From: a virus
Taxonomy: Duplodnaviria > Caudoviricetes
DNA length: 44,069 nucleotides
IMG/VR virus record: IMGVR_UViG_3300015050_000731
Coordinates: 1 to 44,069 of that record
Strand: one strand, 5' to 3'
The notes under the pieces were generated by a model. That model did not search any database, was not told where the DNA came from, and saw only the letters and a program-made list of their open reading frames with translations. The translations under genes and the position numbers were made by a program. Positions 43,473 through 44,069 of the stretch are shown in pieces. Every line of letters starts with the position of its first letter. Positions within the stretch are counted from its first letter, which is position 1.

Positions 43473-43649
43473 ATGGAATGCCCCAACTGTGGTGAAAAGC
43501 ACGAAACGCTCTTTGAATCAGGCGGGGACTTCATGTGCCGTGAGTGCTGCATTGAAGCACTGCGACACGGCGGAGAAGTCGAGAACCCTGTGGATTACTT
43601 TGACGATTCGATCACTGACGGATCACTGGAGATCAAGCGAGCGCAGTAA
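43473..43649 (+). CDS. Small zinc-ribbon-like acidic protein
   Basis: AAGGAGG RBS; CPNC and CREC. Confidence 0.65.
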   Translation: MECPNCGEKHETLFESGGDFMCRECCIEALRHGGEVENPVDYFDDSITDGSLEIKRAQ

Positions 43650-43725
43650 ATCAACGCTCTAGCCCTGCGAGCGTATCGCGGGCCACCACGCAACACCCGT
43701 AGCACCACGAGAAAGCGAGAATCGA

Positions 43726-43908
43726 ATGCCTAGCAGCTACCCCTTCCCTTCCGTCGCCGCCCTTTCGCTGGCCATGCTGTGCAGCTCGAAAACGGTGGAT
43801 CGCCTCCCGCGCGTGGTTGAGTACGAGCCCCATGACACGGTTCTGATCGTCTCTCAGACCGATCGCTCCCTGCGCACCGATCCGATGCTGACGGGGGAAT
43901 ACCTGTGA
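43726..43908 (+). CDS. Hypothetical early protein
   Basis: Follows GAGAAAGCGAG motif. Confidence 0.55.
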   Translation: MPSSYPFPSVAALSLAMLCSSKTVDRLPRVVEYEPHDTVLIVSQTDRSLRTDPMLTGEYL

Positions 43909-44069
43909 GCCCCTTCGAAATCCTGTCGGCTGTGGGGGCGCTGGCCCTGATTGTGGGCGTGATTGAGGGCGAGCGGGTGCCCACGTCCCTCCGCAAGGTC
44001 GGCGGCTTGTGGCACTGGCGTATCGGCGTCGTGGGCGGGGCCTTCTATGTCGCGAAGGGCGGCGGCAAG
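43905..44069 (+). CDS. Small membrane protein spanning the circular join (stop at 124-126)
   Basis: MSPFEILSAVGALALIVGVI...KGGGK; GTGA overlaps on both sides once circularised. Confidence 0.6.
   Translation, partial: MSPFEILSAVGALALIVGVIEGERVPTSLRKVGGLWHWRIGVVGGAFYVAKGGGK
43947..44069. repeat. Terminal direct repeat, right copy
   Basis: Identical to 1-123. Confidence 0.95.

Larger units (their letters stand above)
1..44069. mobile_element. Complete or near-complete tailed dsDNA phage genome, podovirus-like, no integrase seen
   Basis: Terminase, portal, capsid, PolA, primase/helicase and endolysin in two opposed blocks; 123-bp terminal identity; no tape measure or sheath gene recognised. 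Confidence 0.95.

Overview
The window looks like a complete, circularly assembled genome of a high-GC tailed dsDNA phage (about 43.95 kb). Bases 1-123 are repeated exactly at 43947-44069, and a 55-aa gene reads cleanly across the join. There are two opposed transcription blocks. The + strand (about 42.7 kb through the join to 16.6 kb) carries small acidic early genes including an ArdA-like DNA mimic, a primase-VirE helicase, a Cas4-like nuclease, an SNF2-type helicase, a Mom-family protein, two aberrant tRNA-like RNAs, a family A DNA polymerase, a C5 DNA methyltransferase and a RuvC-like resolvase. The - strand (42.0 to 16.6 kb) carries terminase, portal, scaffold, capsid, podovirus-type tail and ejection proteins, lysis genes and a metallophosphoesterase. 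I found no integrase, repressor or RNA polymerase. Three features stand out: (1) a late-operon block of spike/fibre-like proteins that carry signal peptides and even numbers of cysteines, suggesting virion appendages exported and oxidatively folded outside the cytoplasm; (2) a methyltransferase split across two fully overlapping reading frames, with a repeated module in the nested partner; (3) a cluster of tRNA mimics lacking usable anticodons. All calls are from motif recognition by eye; no searches were run. A myxobacterial host is a guess from protein style only.
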